A stretch of 64,000 nt of DNA, taken from assembly GCA_963840455.1 (NCBI GenBank), contig CAWIYV010000010.1:64001-128000 (forward strand), written 5' to 3'. Under the pieces are notes generated by a model, which worked only from the letters and a program-made list of their open reading frames with translations, did not search any database and had not been told where the DNA came from. Source of the DNA: Nitrospirota bacterium (GTDB lineage Bacteria; Nitrospirota; UBA9217). Position 1 is the first letter of the stretch, and every line of letters begins with the position of its first letter. The translations under genes and the position numbers were made by a program. Below are positions 1 through 10,301 of the stretch, in pieces.

Positions 1-104
1 CGCGCTGCAGTGCGCGGCAACTTCGCAGGACCGCACCGGTGCATGCGCATAGCAATGGCAGCAAATCGGCAGGAATTGATGCCCTTGCCCGAACAGGCCT
101 GGTT

Positions 105-692
105 CTAGTGATAGGCGGACTTGTCGCCGATATCGTAGGCGAGGGGCTGGAAGACCTTGCGGAGCGTGAAGAGGACCAGCAGGGCCGCGATCAGGACCAG
201 GCCGGAAGACGCGCCCGTTCCCGAGAGAGCGCCGACCGCGACCAGCAGCAGGTAGAACGGCATGAGCATGGCGAGGAGATAGCCCTCGAAGAGCTGGAAG
301 CAGAACGCCTCCTTCGCGGTCACGAACCCCAGACAACCGGACAGAGATAGAAGGAGCAGCGGACCGTACGAACCCTGCATGAACGCGTCGGCAAGGGACC
401 CCTTGCCGACGAGAATAAGTGCGGCAAAACAGCCGAGGCTCAGGAAATACAGTCCCACCAGGTAGGTCTTGATCTTGCGGACATAGAGATGAATGAAGAA
501 CACGCTCATGCCAACTGAGGCATGGAGGCTGTAGCCAAGGAGGTTCGCCGCAGCAGTGCGCAGCGAAGCAGTTGCGAGGAGATAGGCCAGGCCGGCCATG
601 ATGATCGCAGACAGCACGATTCCCACACGGTAGAGCACGACTGTTATTTTATCTTCCCTCGTAAGAGGCTGGAATACCTGTCGTTCACCCAT
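105..692 (-). CDS. DUF2301-like integral membrane protein
   Basis: 195 aa, multiple TM helices, KEAFCF motif and C-terminal DIGDKS. Confidence 0.75.
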   Translation of the reverse strand: MGERQVFQPLTREDKITVVLYRVGIVLSAIIMAGLAYLLATASLRTAAANLLGYSLHASVGMSVFFIHLYVRKIKTYLVGLYFLSLGCFAALILVGKGSLADAFMQGSYGPLLLLSLSGCLGFVTAKEAFCFQLFEGYLLAMLMPFYLLLVAVGALSGTGASSGLVLIAALLVLFTLRKVFQPLAYDIGDKSAYH

Positions 693-788
693 TGTTTATC
701 TCTCCTCTACTTTTAAAATCCGCATTGATCCGCGTTAATCCGCGTCCAAATGTTCTTCTTCTGCTCCACTCACTATGCGATCTGGCAT

Positions 789-953
789 TCATCCCTTCTT
801 CTCTTTCTTCCAGAACACCAGGTCGTTCATCATGAGCTTCAGAAGCTCGCGGGGCGTCATTTGCGAGGTTTCCTTGCACCTGCAGGCGTCATCCTTCCCT
901 GCCCCTGCTTGCGCCTCTGCAGGTTTCTTCTCGCTCCCCTCGCTGCCTGCCAT
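789..953 (-). CDS. small hypothetical protein
   Basis: MAGSEG...CRCKETSQMTPRELLKLMMNDLVFWKK; co-oriented with neighbours. Confidence 0.5.
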   Translation of the reverse strand: MAGSEGSEKKPAEAQAGAGKDDACRCKETSQMTPRELLKLMMNDLVFWKKEKKG

Positions 954-1208
954 ATGAACGGTCCCGTGATGACGGGTAACCATCTTCAATTCCTCTGCGG
1001 TATATTACTCCTCCCGGAGGTAAGAGGCAACTCCTCAGGGGCCGGTCAAGCGGACGGGTCCGCATCAAGCGCATTCCTGTGCGGAGATTTTCCCTTGTAC
1101 ACATCTGAAGATAGGCCTGTTTGACCAATTGCTATTCGAAAGCTTTATTTTAACCAAACACCTGGCTATATCTGTAGGGAGGTGCGCAATGAAAGGCAAA
1201 GGATCATA

Positions 1209-1250
1209 GGGCAGGGAGAACCGCAGGAAGCCGTATGCACCCATCTTGAT
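1209..1250 (-). pseudogene. short NuoM/MrpD-like fragment
   Basis: reads KMGAYGFLRFSLP, a complex I subunit M motif, with no surrounding gene. Confidence 0.45.
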
Positions 1251-1286
1251 GGACGTCGCGGGCAGTAGATCCTTGCCTCGGATATC

Positions 1287-1545
1287 TACGTGAAGGTGGA
1301 AGGAAAAATCGAGACCGGCAGCCACACGGGCAGTAAGTTCAGTGTCGTCTCTTCATCGGGGGCGACGACGAAGTCCATCGGCGTCGACTATCGTTCTGCC
1401 AGTCTGGAGGGCACCCTTGCCGAAGAAGCATAGGTCGAAGTAAAACTGTACGGGTACAATGGCAGCTGGTTCCTCTCCAATAAGGTGGAGGTCGAAATCG
1501 AAGGGACCGTGACCGAGGACCGACAGACTGAGGTCAAGGGTCATA
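1287..1545 (+). pseudogene. DUF5666-like repeat protein remnant
   Basis: YVKVEGKI...VDYRSASLEGTL..*VEVK...KVEVEIEGTVT with internal TAG and no start. Confidence 0.35.
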
Positions 1546-1746
1546 CGATCTGTTTATGCATAGACACTTAGAGTAGCATGGCAACCGTAAGTGTTGCGTT
1601 TACTTATTGAACTCACAAGCTTTTGACGGGCAGCTTCGGGAACATTGCTGCATCCGTTGCGTTCTGCCGCCGGTCGCTGATTACGCGACCCGAGAAGCAA
1701 CACGCGCAATACTTTTCTATTTGCCGGTAAGCGGCATCGTTTCTCC

Positions 1747-2226
1747 TCACTTCCTGTCCGGCGGATTCTTCTCGGACGTGCTTCCGTGAGCCGGAGCAAC
1801 GGCCTGCGGCTTCCCCGCCTGCTGGGGCTTTCCTTCCTTCGTGCTTTTCTCCGCAGGCCTGGCAGCAGAGGCCGGCTCGGGAGTTGCCGGCAGTTCTTTT
1901 ACGATCCGCACGATCTTCGGATCGTCGATAAGGGGCGCGTACTTCGGAAGCGTGAATTCGATCACGTCCTTTTCGTTGACCAGAAGGCTGATCTCGTCGA
2001 CCTTCTTCGTGAATGTGGCCAGCAGCGCGCCGTCGGCTGTATTCACCGTCAGCAGCAGCGCATTCTCCTTTTTCTGCTTTGCCACAACGGTCCCCTTGAC
2101 CACAGTCGCTTTTCCCGTTGCCCATTCAGGGATGTAAGGCCGCACGTAGCCGGGCAGGAAGATCGTGCCCACGATACCCAGTACCAATCCGACAATGAGC
2201 AGAACCATGCTGGACGGCTTGTTCAT
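1747..2226 (-). CDS. hypothetical membrane-anchored protein
   Basis: 159 aa, N-terminal TM, GGAGG RBS, Pro/Ala-rich tail. Confidence 0.75.
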   Translation of the reverse strand: MNKPSSMVLLIVGLVLGIVGTIFLPGYVRPYIPEWATGKATVVKGTVVAKQKKENALLLTVNTADGALLATFTKKVDEISLLVNEKDVIEFTLPKYAPLIDDPKIVRIVKELPATPEPASAARPAEKSTKEGKPQQAGKPQAVAPAHGSTSEKNPPDRK

Positions 2227-2270
2227 GAAATGGCCTCCTGATAATTTTAGAAGGATTCCGTTGCGACCCC

Positions 2271-2531
2271 TCAGGGATCACCCTTCTTCCTAAGAAACAG
2301 CAGCAACCCGGCAACGATTATGGAGCTGAACGCAAAGAGATTGACAAGAGCAACGACCGCCAGCCTGATCCAGAACGCTTCTTCCTTATCGGTCACGCTG
2401 CGAAAGACGTCCGCGTAGCCGTTGATGTGTTTTTCATGGATAGCATAGCCGATAATAATGAAGAAGAAAAGCACGAGCACGCATAAAAAAACGGCGTATA
2501 CCAGCAGTATGTTCTTCCGTTGTTTGTTCAT
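2271..2531 (-). CDS. hypothetical two-TM membrane protein
   Basis: start MNKQRK after GGAGG; two hydrophobic helices. Confidence 0.6.
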   Translation of the reverse strand: MNKQRKNILLVYAVFLCVLVLFFFIIIGYAIHEKHINGYADVFRSVTDKEEAFWIRLAVVALVNLFAFSSIIVAGLLLFLRKKGDP

Positions 2532-2584
2532 GGTCCTTGAGAACCTCCGGCAGGGCCCGGGTGTCCTCCCCTTTTCGTCCTTCT

Positions 2585-2971
2585 TCAATCATCATGCGCG
2601 TTCTTCTTTTTTCCATCGTGCTCCGCATGCTTTTCTCGCTTCTTTCCCCCCTTGTGGCATTCATGGCACTTCTTTGGGTCCTTGGTACTGAAGGTCGTGG
2701 TGCCATTGTGGCAGGCGCCGCAGAGCCCGCCCCGGTCGAGTGCGGCCATAGTGATCTTCGCCGTCCCGTGCTTCATGCTGAACAGACCAGGATGGCAGTC
2801 TTTGCACGTGTAGCCCTTCTCGGCGTGCTCATCTCCTTCGAACAGGACTTCCCCCCTGCCGCCTCCGGGCCAGACCAGGGTCTTGCCGGGACCTACTGCC
2901 GAAGCATACCCCGCCAAGATGACCGGCGTGAAGAGCGCAGCAGCAATAACAGTGCTCTTTATCCACCCCAT
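2585..2971 (-). CDS. triheme cytochrome c (c7-type)
   Basis: signal peptide; three CxxCH motifs (CKDCH, CGACH, CHECH); GGAGG RBS. Confidence 0.85.
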   Translation of the reverse strand: MGWIKSTVIAAALFTPVILAGYASAVGPGKTLVWPGGGRGEVLFEGDEHAEKGYTCKDCHPGLFSMKHGTAKITMAALDRGGLCGACHNGTTTFSTKDPKKCHECHKGGKKREKHAEHDGKKKNAHDD

Positions 2972-3103
2972 GCATGCACCTCCCGACCGCTGGCGTTTGA
3001 ATATGTTCAACCTTTCTTTGCAGTTGCTGAAAATAAGGTACAATTAAATCAACAAATGGCGCAGTGCGAGGTTGAGGCTTTTGCTACCGAAAAGGAGACA
3101 CAT

Positions 3104-3325
3104 ATGCTTTGGACCATTTTTGTGATCCTCGCGATCTTATGGCTTCTGGGCCTGATCAGCGGCCATACCATTGGCGGATATATTCATATCCTCGCTGTCA
3201 TCGCAATCGTTGTCGTCCTGCCAGGCTGTTGCCGAAATCGCATGTATGCTTCGATAAGCTCAGCACGAGCGGACTGCCTTCTTACGTATCCTTGCCCTTT
3301 TTCCGGTACTTGTCCAGCGAAATGA
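3104..3325 (+). CDS. lmo0937-family small membrane protein with an atypical C-terminus
   Basis: AAGGAG RBS; MLWTIFVILAILWLLGLISGHTIGGYIHILAVIAIVVVL, then runs through a REP-like sequence (cttcgataagctcagcacgagcgg) into the convergent gene. Confidence 0.65.
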   Translation: MLWTIFVILAILWLLGLISGHTIGGYIHILAVIAIVVVLPGCCRNRMYASISSARADCLLTYPCPFSGTCPAK

Positions 3326-3698
3326 CCCGCTTCTGATCATCCTCTCCTGCTCCCGGCTTTGGCGACGCAGTAGGTTCCTTGTCCACATCGCCCCTCAGGA
3401 ACTGCACCCCTGCGTCCGGGGAGAACACGCCGATTAGGTCATCGTGATGGATATAGACATCTTCCTTGCGCGTACCGAAGGCGAGCATGCAGGAAAGATT
3501 CCCCTCTTCGTCCCAGTCCAGCTTGTTGTTGGTCTTGTCATTGAAAACCAGGATCAGACCGTGTTTTTTCTCGTCCTCGGTGAATCCCCGTTTGCCGATC
3601 CGTGTCCGTTCCGAATTGTTCACGATGAGGTAGACGCTGCCGAAATCGTTCCAGAGGTCGTAGAACAGCTTTTGCAGATACGAGACCTGTTTTTTCAT
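3282..3698 (-). CDS. SspB-like hypothetical protein
   Basis: IGKRGF..EK..GLILVF core and C-terminal VISLDKYRKK tail. Confidence 0.55.
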   Translation of the reverse strand: MKKQVSYLQKLFYDLWNDFGSVYLIVNNSERTRIGKRGFTEDEKKHGLILVFNDKTNNKLDWDEEGNLSCMLAFGTRKEDVYIHHDDLIGVFSPDAGVQFLRGDVDKEPTASPKPGAGEDDQKRVISLDKYRKKGKDT

Positions 3699-3792
3699 AC
3701 CAATGCTGATCCTCGGCTGCGGCTCCAATAGACTGCCTAATGAGATGAGAGTATAGGAAACTGTATGTGAAGTCAATAGAACGGCATTACAT

Positions 3793-4466
3793 TGTCAAGC
3801 TAAAGTAGAAATGTCCTATTCTTACCAAAATAGAAATGTCCGGTTTTTACGGTGCCGATAGAGGCTGCTCTCGACGTCGTCTAGGTGTGAGGGCGGGCCT
3901 CGTTTTCCAGGGATGATCGGTCGGAGGTATCCAAGGCTTCTTTGCTGGGAACAGGGGGAGTGGCCCCGGCGTTTCCCTTGGCAGCTGTTCCGTAATCATC
4001 CGATAGCGCAGGTCCTGGCCGTTGTAAGTGATATGCAAACTGCCGTCAAGACGCGCCTCCACGGTGACCTTCTTGGCCCGGGTCATCTGCTCGATCTGGT
4101 AAAGCTTGCCGTTGTACGCGATCGTAAAGTCGTTCTTGACCGTCCGCTCCTCCTTGATGCAGAAGATGCGGTCGAGTTCTCTTGCATGCGGGGCCGGCCG
4201 GTGCAGGTCGGCCTTGAGACGAGCCTGTTTCCGGAACCGACTGTTATGCTTCGGCAGATAGGCGTCCAGGAAGGTATTCGCCTCGTCGACGTTCTTGATC
4301 CCCCGAAGGCGCATCTCCCGGACTAAGCGGTCCTGCAGCGTCTTGAACAGTCGTTCCACCCTGCCCTTGGCCTCGGGAGAGTTGCCCTCCCCATTTTAGG
4401 GCATTGTAGCCGGAATTAGGACATTTCTACTTTGGCAGAATAGGACATTATCATTTTGGCATTACA
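3793..4466 (-). mobile_element. internally deleted IS (ISNCY/IS1202/IS481-like), non-autonomous
   Basis: TGT...ACA termini; ~48-bp imperfect inverted repeats with internal AAATGTCC repeats; only the transposase C-terminus is retained. Confidence 0.8.
3847..4385 (-). pseudogene. DDE transposase C-terminal fragment
   Basis: SPEAKGRVERLFKTLQDRL motif; the N-terminal DNA-binding region and first catalytic Asp residues are missing. Confidence 0.85.
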
Positions 4467-4698
4467 GACTGTTGACGGACCACCAGAGCAGCAACCATTC
4501 TCCCTCCTCTATTCGGGAAGTGTAATCCGTAACAGCATCCTGGCGGTAATCACAAAGCAACTAAATGAACCGCAAGGAAATCGCGTCTCAGCTCTCAATT
4601 GCACCACGGAACTACCCCATCATATTTTATCTGATGATACAAGGCGGGTGTTGGGCAAAAAGAAAAAAGAGCTGCAAGATGCAGCTCCTTGATATGAT

Positions 4699-4747
4699 TG
4701 GCGTCCCCAAGGGGATTCGAACCCCCGTTATCGCCGTGAAAGGGCGA
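4699..4747 (-). other. tRNA-Glu(TTC) 3' fragment, probable att site
   Basis: minus strand TCGCCCTTTCACGGCGATAACGGGGGTTCGAATCCCCTTGGGGACGCCA gives anticodon arm, T arm and CCA; the 5' acceptor strand (GTCCCC) is absent. Confidence 0.8.
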
Positions 4748-4816
4748 ATGACCTCAGGCCAAAAAAGGATACCCCTCATGTGGAGGTCAAACTGCTTCCG
4801 GTGAAAGATGAAATTG

Positions 4817-4845
4817 GAAAGGCCGGAGAGATGTCTCTCCGGCCT
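4817..4845 (-). terminator. intrinsic terminator (GGCCGGAGAG...CTCTCCGGCC family)
   Basis: GC hairpin followed by TTT on the minus strand, downstream of the RCC1-repeat gene. Confidence 0.6.
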
Positions 4846-4951
4846 AACATTAGACGCGGTGATCGCAGCATCAAGCCGCAAGGCATGAACCTGTTTTCCT
4901 ATACATTATTTCCTATGGTGCGGACCTGTCAAGCCGCGGTCAATCAACGTT

Positions 4952-6613
4952 CTACCTCTTATCATGGGGGACACACACTGTTTTCGTTTTTTTGGACTGG
5001 CGTCCCGCTTTATCAGTTACAACAACAGTAATGGTGTACGACCTGCCTTCCATATCCGTGTCCTCACGCCAGGATTCCAGCGGGATCGCATGTTCGAAGC
5101 CATGAAGAGGGGGCATCTTGTGGATTCCGTATTTGTCGGTTACGGTAATTATTGTTGAATCGATTTCCGATCCGCAATGGGTAACCGAGCCTCTGATCTT
5201 AACGTTCACCATTTTATGATTCGGCGGCCAGAAGCACGCCGAGTCTTCATCCAGATCAGAGCTCTCTGCTTTGTGAATATTGATGGTCATTACCTGCGGC
5301 GTCTCAGCGTTCCCTGCATTGTCAAGCGCGAAAAAGGTCACGGTATGGGTCCCATCGCTCACGATTGAAAACGAGGTCGAACATTCCGACACGATGGCGT
5401 CTTTTCCGTCAATGCTGTAATGTACCTCCTTCACACCCGAGCCACCGTCATTGTCTGTTGCGAGCAATGTCATCTGCACATCAGACACATACCGCCCGTT
5501 TGTTCCCAGTGTCCCGGTCACCAAGGTTGTCGTCATTGGCGGAGTGACATCCAGTATTGCAGGGCCGCAAATAGGCATAATACTCGTAAAGAGAGAGGAG
5601 ACGTTCAACTGGCCACCGCTACTATCACCGACAGCCACTATGGTCCCATCCCCTTTAAGCCCGACCGTGTGATTCGCGCCTGCTGCGATGGCCTTTATGT
5701 CCGTCCAGGTCAAGGCATCGGCATCCAGCTGGCCATAGTCATTATTTCCGACAGCCACTATGGTCCCGTCCTCTTGAAGCCCGACCGTGTGATACGCGCC
5801 TGCTGCGATGGCCTTTATGTTCTTCCAGGTCAAGACATCCAGCTGGCCATAGTCAACTCCGATAGCCACGACGGTCCCGTCCGTTTTAAGCCCGACCGTG
5901 TGATACGCGCCTGCTGCGATGGCCTTTATGTCCGTCCAGGAGGAGACATTCAGCTGGCCATAGTCATCTCCGATAGCCACGACGGTCCCGTCCGTTTTAA
6001 GCCCGACCGTGTGATACGCGCCTGCTGCGATGGCCTTTATGTCCGTCCAGGAGGAGACATTCAGCTGGCCATAGTCATCTCCGATAGCCACGACGGTCCC
6101 GTCCGTTTTAAGCCCGACCGTGTGATACGCGCCTGCTGCGATGGCCTTTATGTCCGTCCAGGAGGAGACATCCGTCTGGTCTTGGTTCGTAAATGCGGCA
6201 GTATATCCGGTAGCCACGACGTTCCCGTCCTCATCAAGCCCGACCGTATGATACCAGCCTGCTGCAATGGCCTTCATGTTCGTCCAGGAGGAGACATTCA
6301 GCTGGCCAAAGTCCTTATTTCCGACAGCCACGACGGTCTTATTTTTGTTAAGCCCGACCGTGTGATACGCGCCTGCTGAAATAGTTGCATCATCAGAGCA
6401 TTGAATTGCCGGGGCCGCGTCTGGGGGGGACAGGGACAGGGACGGGGCCGCGGCCTGTATGGGCTCGTTTTCAACAGTCCCATTCATGCAGGAAAAAAGT
6501 AGGGATGCCGCCGAAATGATCAGAACTGATCGCATAACATGCATGACAAGATGAAGCGTCCTTCCTTCCAAACTTAGGTTCATAGCAAGTAATGAAGCAA
6601 TAGGCTTTTTCAT
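4952..6613 (-). CDS. exported RCC1/BLIP-II-like beta-propeller protein with C-terminal Ig-like domains
   Basis: seven AG.YHTVGL..DGTVVA.G repeats; LLFSC lipobox-like segment; D..PP.T...YS.DG...DNAGN Ig-like domain; WPPNHKMV motif. Confidence 0.8.
   Translation of the reverse strand: MKKPIASLLAMNLSLEGRTLHLVMHVMRSVLIISAASLLFSCMNGTVENEPIQAAAPSLSLSPPDAAPAIQCSDDATISAGAYHTVGLNKNKTVVAVGNKDFGQLNVSSWTNMKAIAAGWYHTVGLDEDGNVVATGYTAAFTNQDQTDVSSWTDIKAIAAGAYHTVGLKTDGTVVAIGDDYGQLNVSSWTDIKAIAAGAYHTVGLKTDGTVVAIGDDYGQLNVSSWTDIKAIAAGAYHTVGLKTDGTVVAIGVDYGQLDVLTWKNIKAIAAGAYHTVGLQEDGTIVAVGNNDYGQLDADALTWTDIKAIAAGANHTVGLKGDGTIVAVGDSSGGQLNVSSLFTSIMPICGPAILDVTPPMTTTLVTGTLGTNGRYVSDVQMTLLATDNDGGSGVKEVHYSIDGKDAIVSECSTSFSIVSDGTHTVTFFALDNAGNAETPQVMTINIHKAESSDLDEDSACFWPPNHKMVNVKIRGSVTHCGSEIDSTIITVTDKYGIHKMPPLHGFEHAIPLESWREDTDMEGRSYTITVVVTDKAGRQSKKTKTVCVPHDKR
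5839..6171. repeat. three near-identical 111-bp tandem repeats inside the RCC1 gene
   Basis: gtccgtccaggaggagacat recurs at 5930, 6041 and 6152. Confidence 0.9.
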
Positions 6614-6715
6614 ACGGCCTCCTTTAAAAATGTAAAAATGCAAGTGGTTGCGTCCGGTTCATGAGAATTTAACGTATAATTTATATACATATAGTATTAG
6701 ATACTGATTTTTTGT

Positions 6716-6731
6716 TGCAATGTCGGTGCCA
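6716..6731 (-). promoter_or_regulatory. sigma54 (-24/-12) promoter
   Basis: minus strand TGGCAC-CGACA-TTGCA, consensus match ~100 bp upstream of the RCC1 gene in AT-rich DNA. Confidence 0.75.
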
Positions 6732-7087
6732 CTATACTTCTTAATATTATTAAATAGTTACAATAATATTCGGGCCAGTATTATGAAAAAATATACCCAC
6801 ATGGGAAACATATTACATACTACCAAAATTATTAGTTAGTCGAAATCCATCAAAATCGTGATGTTGTCGTTCTGGTCTTGCTCATTTCTGAGGGCATATG
6901 GGGGCAGGATGTACGGGGGTTGCGGTTCCTGAGATGACCGACTATACGTATTAAGATCTGGTTGCGATGATCGAAGAAAGTGGTCCTACCCAGAGCAATC
7001 TCATCCTTACAGAGATACGTCATGATGTTTATAATCGCATGAAACAGACGACATCCACATTTACGCTAAATTGAAAAGCCACCTCAA

Positions 7088-7297
7088 TTACTTTGGCCAG
7101 GGATAGGTCGCTTTAATTACGTTTCGGTAGTTCTCATCTAATGCAGGTTGCAATGCAATAAGCGCTTTAAACCGTCTGGCCATCTCAGTCACATGGCGTA
7201 CCTCGTCCGGAGTCAAGCCACTGCCAAGCAAATCTTTTTCACGGTAGGATAACCACTTCTTGATGACCTGATATCCACCGATAGCGTAGTCCCACAC
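7088..7297 (-). pseudogene. type ISP restriction-modification enzyme, C-terminal fragment
   Basis: VWDYAIGGYQVIKKWLSYRE motif; rest of gene missing. Confidence 0.7.
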
Positions 7298-7316
7298 GGG
7301 AAAGCCCCGGGAATAG

Positions 7317-7346
7317 AAAAGGCGGTTCCGAACCGTCAGAACCGCC
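7317..7346 (-). terminator. secA intrinsic terminator
   Basis: GGCGGTTC...GAACCGCC hairpin plus TTTT on the minus strand. Confidence 0.65.
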
Positions 7347-7430
7347 AAATCTAGCTAATTTCATTTGTGTGAGAATTTATTTCATTCGATGCGCACGGAA
7401 TTTCATACGATGCGCGAACTTACAAACGGC

Positions 7431-10106
7431 CTATGCGCCGTGGCACTTCTTATATTTCTTGCCGCTCCCGCAGGGGCAGGGGTCGTTCCTTCCCACCTTC
7501 TTGTCCGTGTGCACCGGCTGGGGCGCCGCCATCGCGTCGCCCGCGCCCACGAAGCTGAGCTGGGCCATCTGCCGCTTCTGCCGCCGTTCGATCTCCCGGT
7601 CGTCCTCCTTCGCCTGCTTGACCCGGAAGATGCTCTCCACCGTGGTCTCGACGATGCGGCCCTTCATCTCCTCGAACATGTCGAACCCCTCTTTCTTGTA
7701 TTCGATGAGGGGGTCCTTTTGACCATAGCCCCGGAGGCCCACGCCTTCCTTGAGATGGTCCATGGCGAGGAGGTGGTCCTTCCACTGGTGGTCCACTGCC
7801 TGGAGCATGAAGAGCTTCTCGAGCCGCCGCATCAGATCGGGGCCGATCTCGGACTCCTTGTCATTGTAGCTCTTCTCGAGCGCCTGCCAGATGACGTCGC
7901 GGAACTCATCGCGCGATTTGTCGCCCTGCTCCAGGTCCCCGAGGCGGAAGGAGAACTTCGCAACCAGCGTCTCCTTGAGGCCGACGAGGTCCCAGGTCTC
8001 GGGGTAGGCGTCCTCAGGGCAGTAGAAGCCGAAGAGGCCGTCGAACAGCTCCTCGGCCAGGCCGAGCACGTCCTCTTTGAGGTTCTCGCCCGCCAGGATC
8101 TGGCGGCGCTGCTCGTAGATGACCTTGCGCTGCTGGTTCATCACATCGTCGTATTCGAGGACGTGCTTCCGCATCTCAAAGTTATGGTCCTCAACGCGCT
8201 TCTGGGCGCTCTCGATGGAGCGGGAAACCATGCGGTGCTCGATGGGGACGTCCTCCTCCATACCAAGCCGCTCCATGAGCCCGGAGATCCGGTCGGAGCC
8301 GAAGATCCGGAGCAGGTCGTCCTCGAGCGCGAGGTAGAACCGCGACGAACCCGGATCGCCCTGGCGTCCCGACCGTCCGCGCAGCTGGTTGTCGATCCGC
8401 CGCGACTCGTGCCGCTCCGTGCCCAGGATATGCAGCCCGCCGGCTGCGATCACCTTCTCCTTCTCCGCAGCGCATTGCTGCCGGCACTGGATCAGGGTAG
8501 TCTCCCATTCCTCCGGCGTGTGCTCTTTTCCCTTCAGTATCTGGCGCGCCAGGCCCTCGGGATTGCCGCCCAGTACGATGTCCGTACCGCGGCCGGCCAT
8601 GTTCGTGGCGATGGTCACGGCAGCGTGGCGGCCCGCCTGGGCCACGATCTCGGCCTCCATCTCGTGGTACTTGGCGTTCAGCACCGTGTGCCTGATGCCC
8701 TTCTTCTTGAGCAGCGTAGACAGCAGCTCGGACTTGGCGATGGAGATCGTGCCGACGAGCACAGGCTGGCCGATCTTGTTCTTCTCCTCGATCTCGCTGA
8801 TCACAGCGTTGAATTTGCCCTTCTCGTTCTTGTAGATGAAGTCAGCGTTGTCGATCCGTATCATGTCCCGGTGCGTCGGGATCACCACCACATCGAGGTT
8901 GTAGATCTTCGAGAACTCGGCTGCCTCGGTATCGGCTGTGCCGGTCATGCCGGCCAGCTTGTTGTAAAGCCGGAAGTAGTTCTGGAAGGTGATGGAGGCG
9001 AGCGTCTGGTTCTCGTTCTCGATCTTGACGTTCTCCTTGGCCTCGATGGCCTGGTGCAGGCCGTCGCTCCACCGGCGGCCCGGCATGAGCCGGCCGGTGA
9101 ACTCGTCCACGATCATCACCTGGCCGTCCTTCACCACGTAGTCAACGTCGAGCTGGAACAGGGCGTGGGCCTTCAGGGCCTGGTGGACATGGTGCACCAG
9201 GTCCACGTTGGCGGGATCATAAAGGTTCCCGGCATTCAGCAGCTTCTCGACCCGTATATTGCCCTCCTCGGTGAGGGCTACGGTCTTGGTCTTCTCCTCG
9301 ATGGTGTAGTCTGCGTCCTTCTTGAGGCTCGGGATGATGCGGTTGATCTTGTAGTACTTATCGGTCGATTCCTCGGCCGGGCCGGAGATGATGAGCGGCG
9401 TTCGGGCCTCGTCGATCAGGATGGAGTCCACCTCGTCCACGATTGCGTAGTTCTGCTCGCGCTGAACGTAGTCCGCCAGGTCGAACTTCATGTTGTCCCG
9501 CAGGTAGTCGAAGCCGAACTCGTTGTTCGTGCCGTAGGTCACGTCGCTGTTGTACGACGCCTGCCGCTCCTCGTCGTCGAGGCCGTGGACGATGACGCCC
9601 ACGGTGAGGCCCAGGAACTGGTAGATGGGCCCCATCCACTGGGCGTCGCGTCTGGCGAGGTAGTCGTTCACCGTCACCACGTGCACGCCCCTGCCGGTGA
9701 GGCTGTTCAGATAGACTGGGAGCGTGGCGACCAGGGTCTTGCCCTCGCCGGTCCGCATCTCGGCGATCTTTCCCTCGTGCAGCACGATGCCGCCGATGAG
9801 CTGGACGTCGAAATGGCGCATGCCCAGAGTGCGCTTCGACGCCTCCCGAACGACGGCAAAGGCCTCGGGCAGGATCTCTTCGAGGACCGTCTTCTCCGCG
9901 CCGCGCAGCTCCACGGGATCTTCGATGCCTTCCGTGCGCTCCCGGATCAGCTTCTTGAATGCGTCCGTCTTTGCCTTGAGCTCCCCGTCAGTGAGCCGCG
10001 CAATGTCCGCTTCGAGCGCATTGATCGCCTCGACGCGCGACTGGATGCGCTTCAGGTCGCGTTCGTTCTTGGTGCCCAGAATCTTCTTGAGGATCGTTCC
10101 TATCAT
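7431..10106 (-). CDS. secA: preprotein translocase ATPase SecA
   Basis: 891 aa; [37 protein letters not shown]-terminal [18 protein letters not shown]. Confidence 0.99.
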   Translation of the reverse strand: MIGTILKKILGTKNERDLKRIQSRVEAINALEADIARLTDGELKAKTDAFKKLIRERTEGIEDPVELRGAEKTVLEEILPEAFAVVREASKRTLGMRHFDVQLIGGIVLHEGKIAEMRTGEGKTLVATLPVYLNSLTGRGVHVVTVNDYLARRDAQWMGPIYQFLGLTVGVIVHGLDDEERQASYNSDVTYGTNNEFGFDYLRDNMKFDLADYVQREQNYAIVDEVDSILIDEARTPLIISGPAEESTDKYYKINRIIPSLKKDADYTIEEKTKTVALTEEGNIRVEKLLNAGNLYDPANVDLVHHVHQALKAHALFQLDVDYVVKDGQVMIVDEFTGRLMPGRRWSDGLHQAIEAKENVKIENENQTLASITFQNYFRLYNKLAGMTGTADTEAAEFSKIYNLDVVVIPTHRDMIRIDNADFIYKNEKGKFNAVISEIEEKNKIGQPVLVGTISIAKSELLSTLLKKKGIRHTVLNAKYHEMEAEIVAQAGRHAAVTIATNMAGRGTDIVLGGNPEGLARQILKGKEHTPEEWETTLIQCRQQCAAEKEKVIAAGGLHILGTERHESRRIDNQLRGRSGRQGDPGSSRFYLALEDDLLRIFGSDRISGLMERLGMEEDVPIEHRMVSRSIESAQKRVEDHNFEMRKHVLEYDDVMNQQRKVIYEQRRQILAGENLKEDVLGLAEELFDGLFGFYCPEDAYPETWDLVGLKETLVAKFSFRLGDLEQGDKSRDEFRDVIWQALEKSYNDKESEIGPDLMRRLEKLFMLQAVDHQWKDHLLAMDHLKEGVGLRGYGQKDPLIEYKKEGFDMFEEMKGRIVETTVESIFRVKQAKEDDREIERRQKRQMAQLSFVGAGDAMAAPQPVHTDKKVGRNDPCPCGSGKKYKKCHGA

Positions 10107-10301
10107 GAGACTCCCATCTCAGCCATTGTGATCTTTCGTGAAGCACCCGTCATGATAATCACTTTCCCTTGTAAATTCAAGGGAAATATGCCTTGACCGC
10201 TTCTGGGGCGGCGCTCATCATCAGCTGAGACCACGCCCTTCCCCGCAGTGGGCATCCTATTTATTTCTTGACAGGGGCCGCGTTTACGTTAAAATGTACG
10301 C

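Noticed and set aside
1431-1433. In-frame TAG here and at 22694-22696 as pyrrolysine or recoding
   Set aside because: Both lie in fragments that lack starts or show other decay, so pseudogenisation is the simpler explanation
4699-4775. Intact tRNA-Glu gene
   Set aside because: The 5' acceptor strand is missing and the D arm is degenerate; treated as an att-like fragment
5640-6380. CRISPR-like regular repeats
   Set aside because: Contiguous in-frame protein repeats without unique spacers; no cas genes in the window
6667-6695. dif-like site (ATTTAACGTA)
   Set aside because: Only a partial XerD arm in AT-rich DNA, with no XerC arm
7365-10196. 943-aa plus-strand ORF
   Set aside because: Antisense shadow of secA, expected from high-GC codon bias; no recognisable motifs
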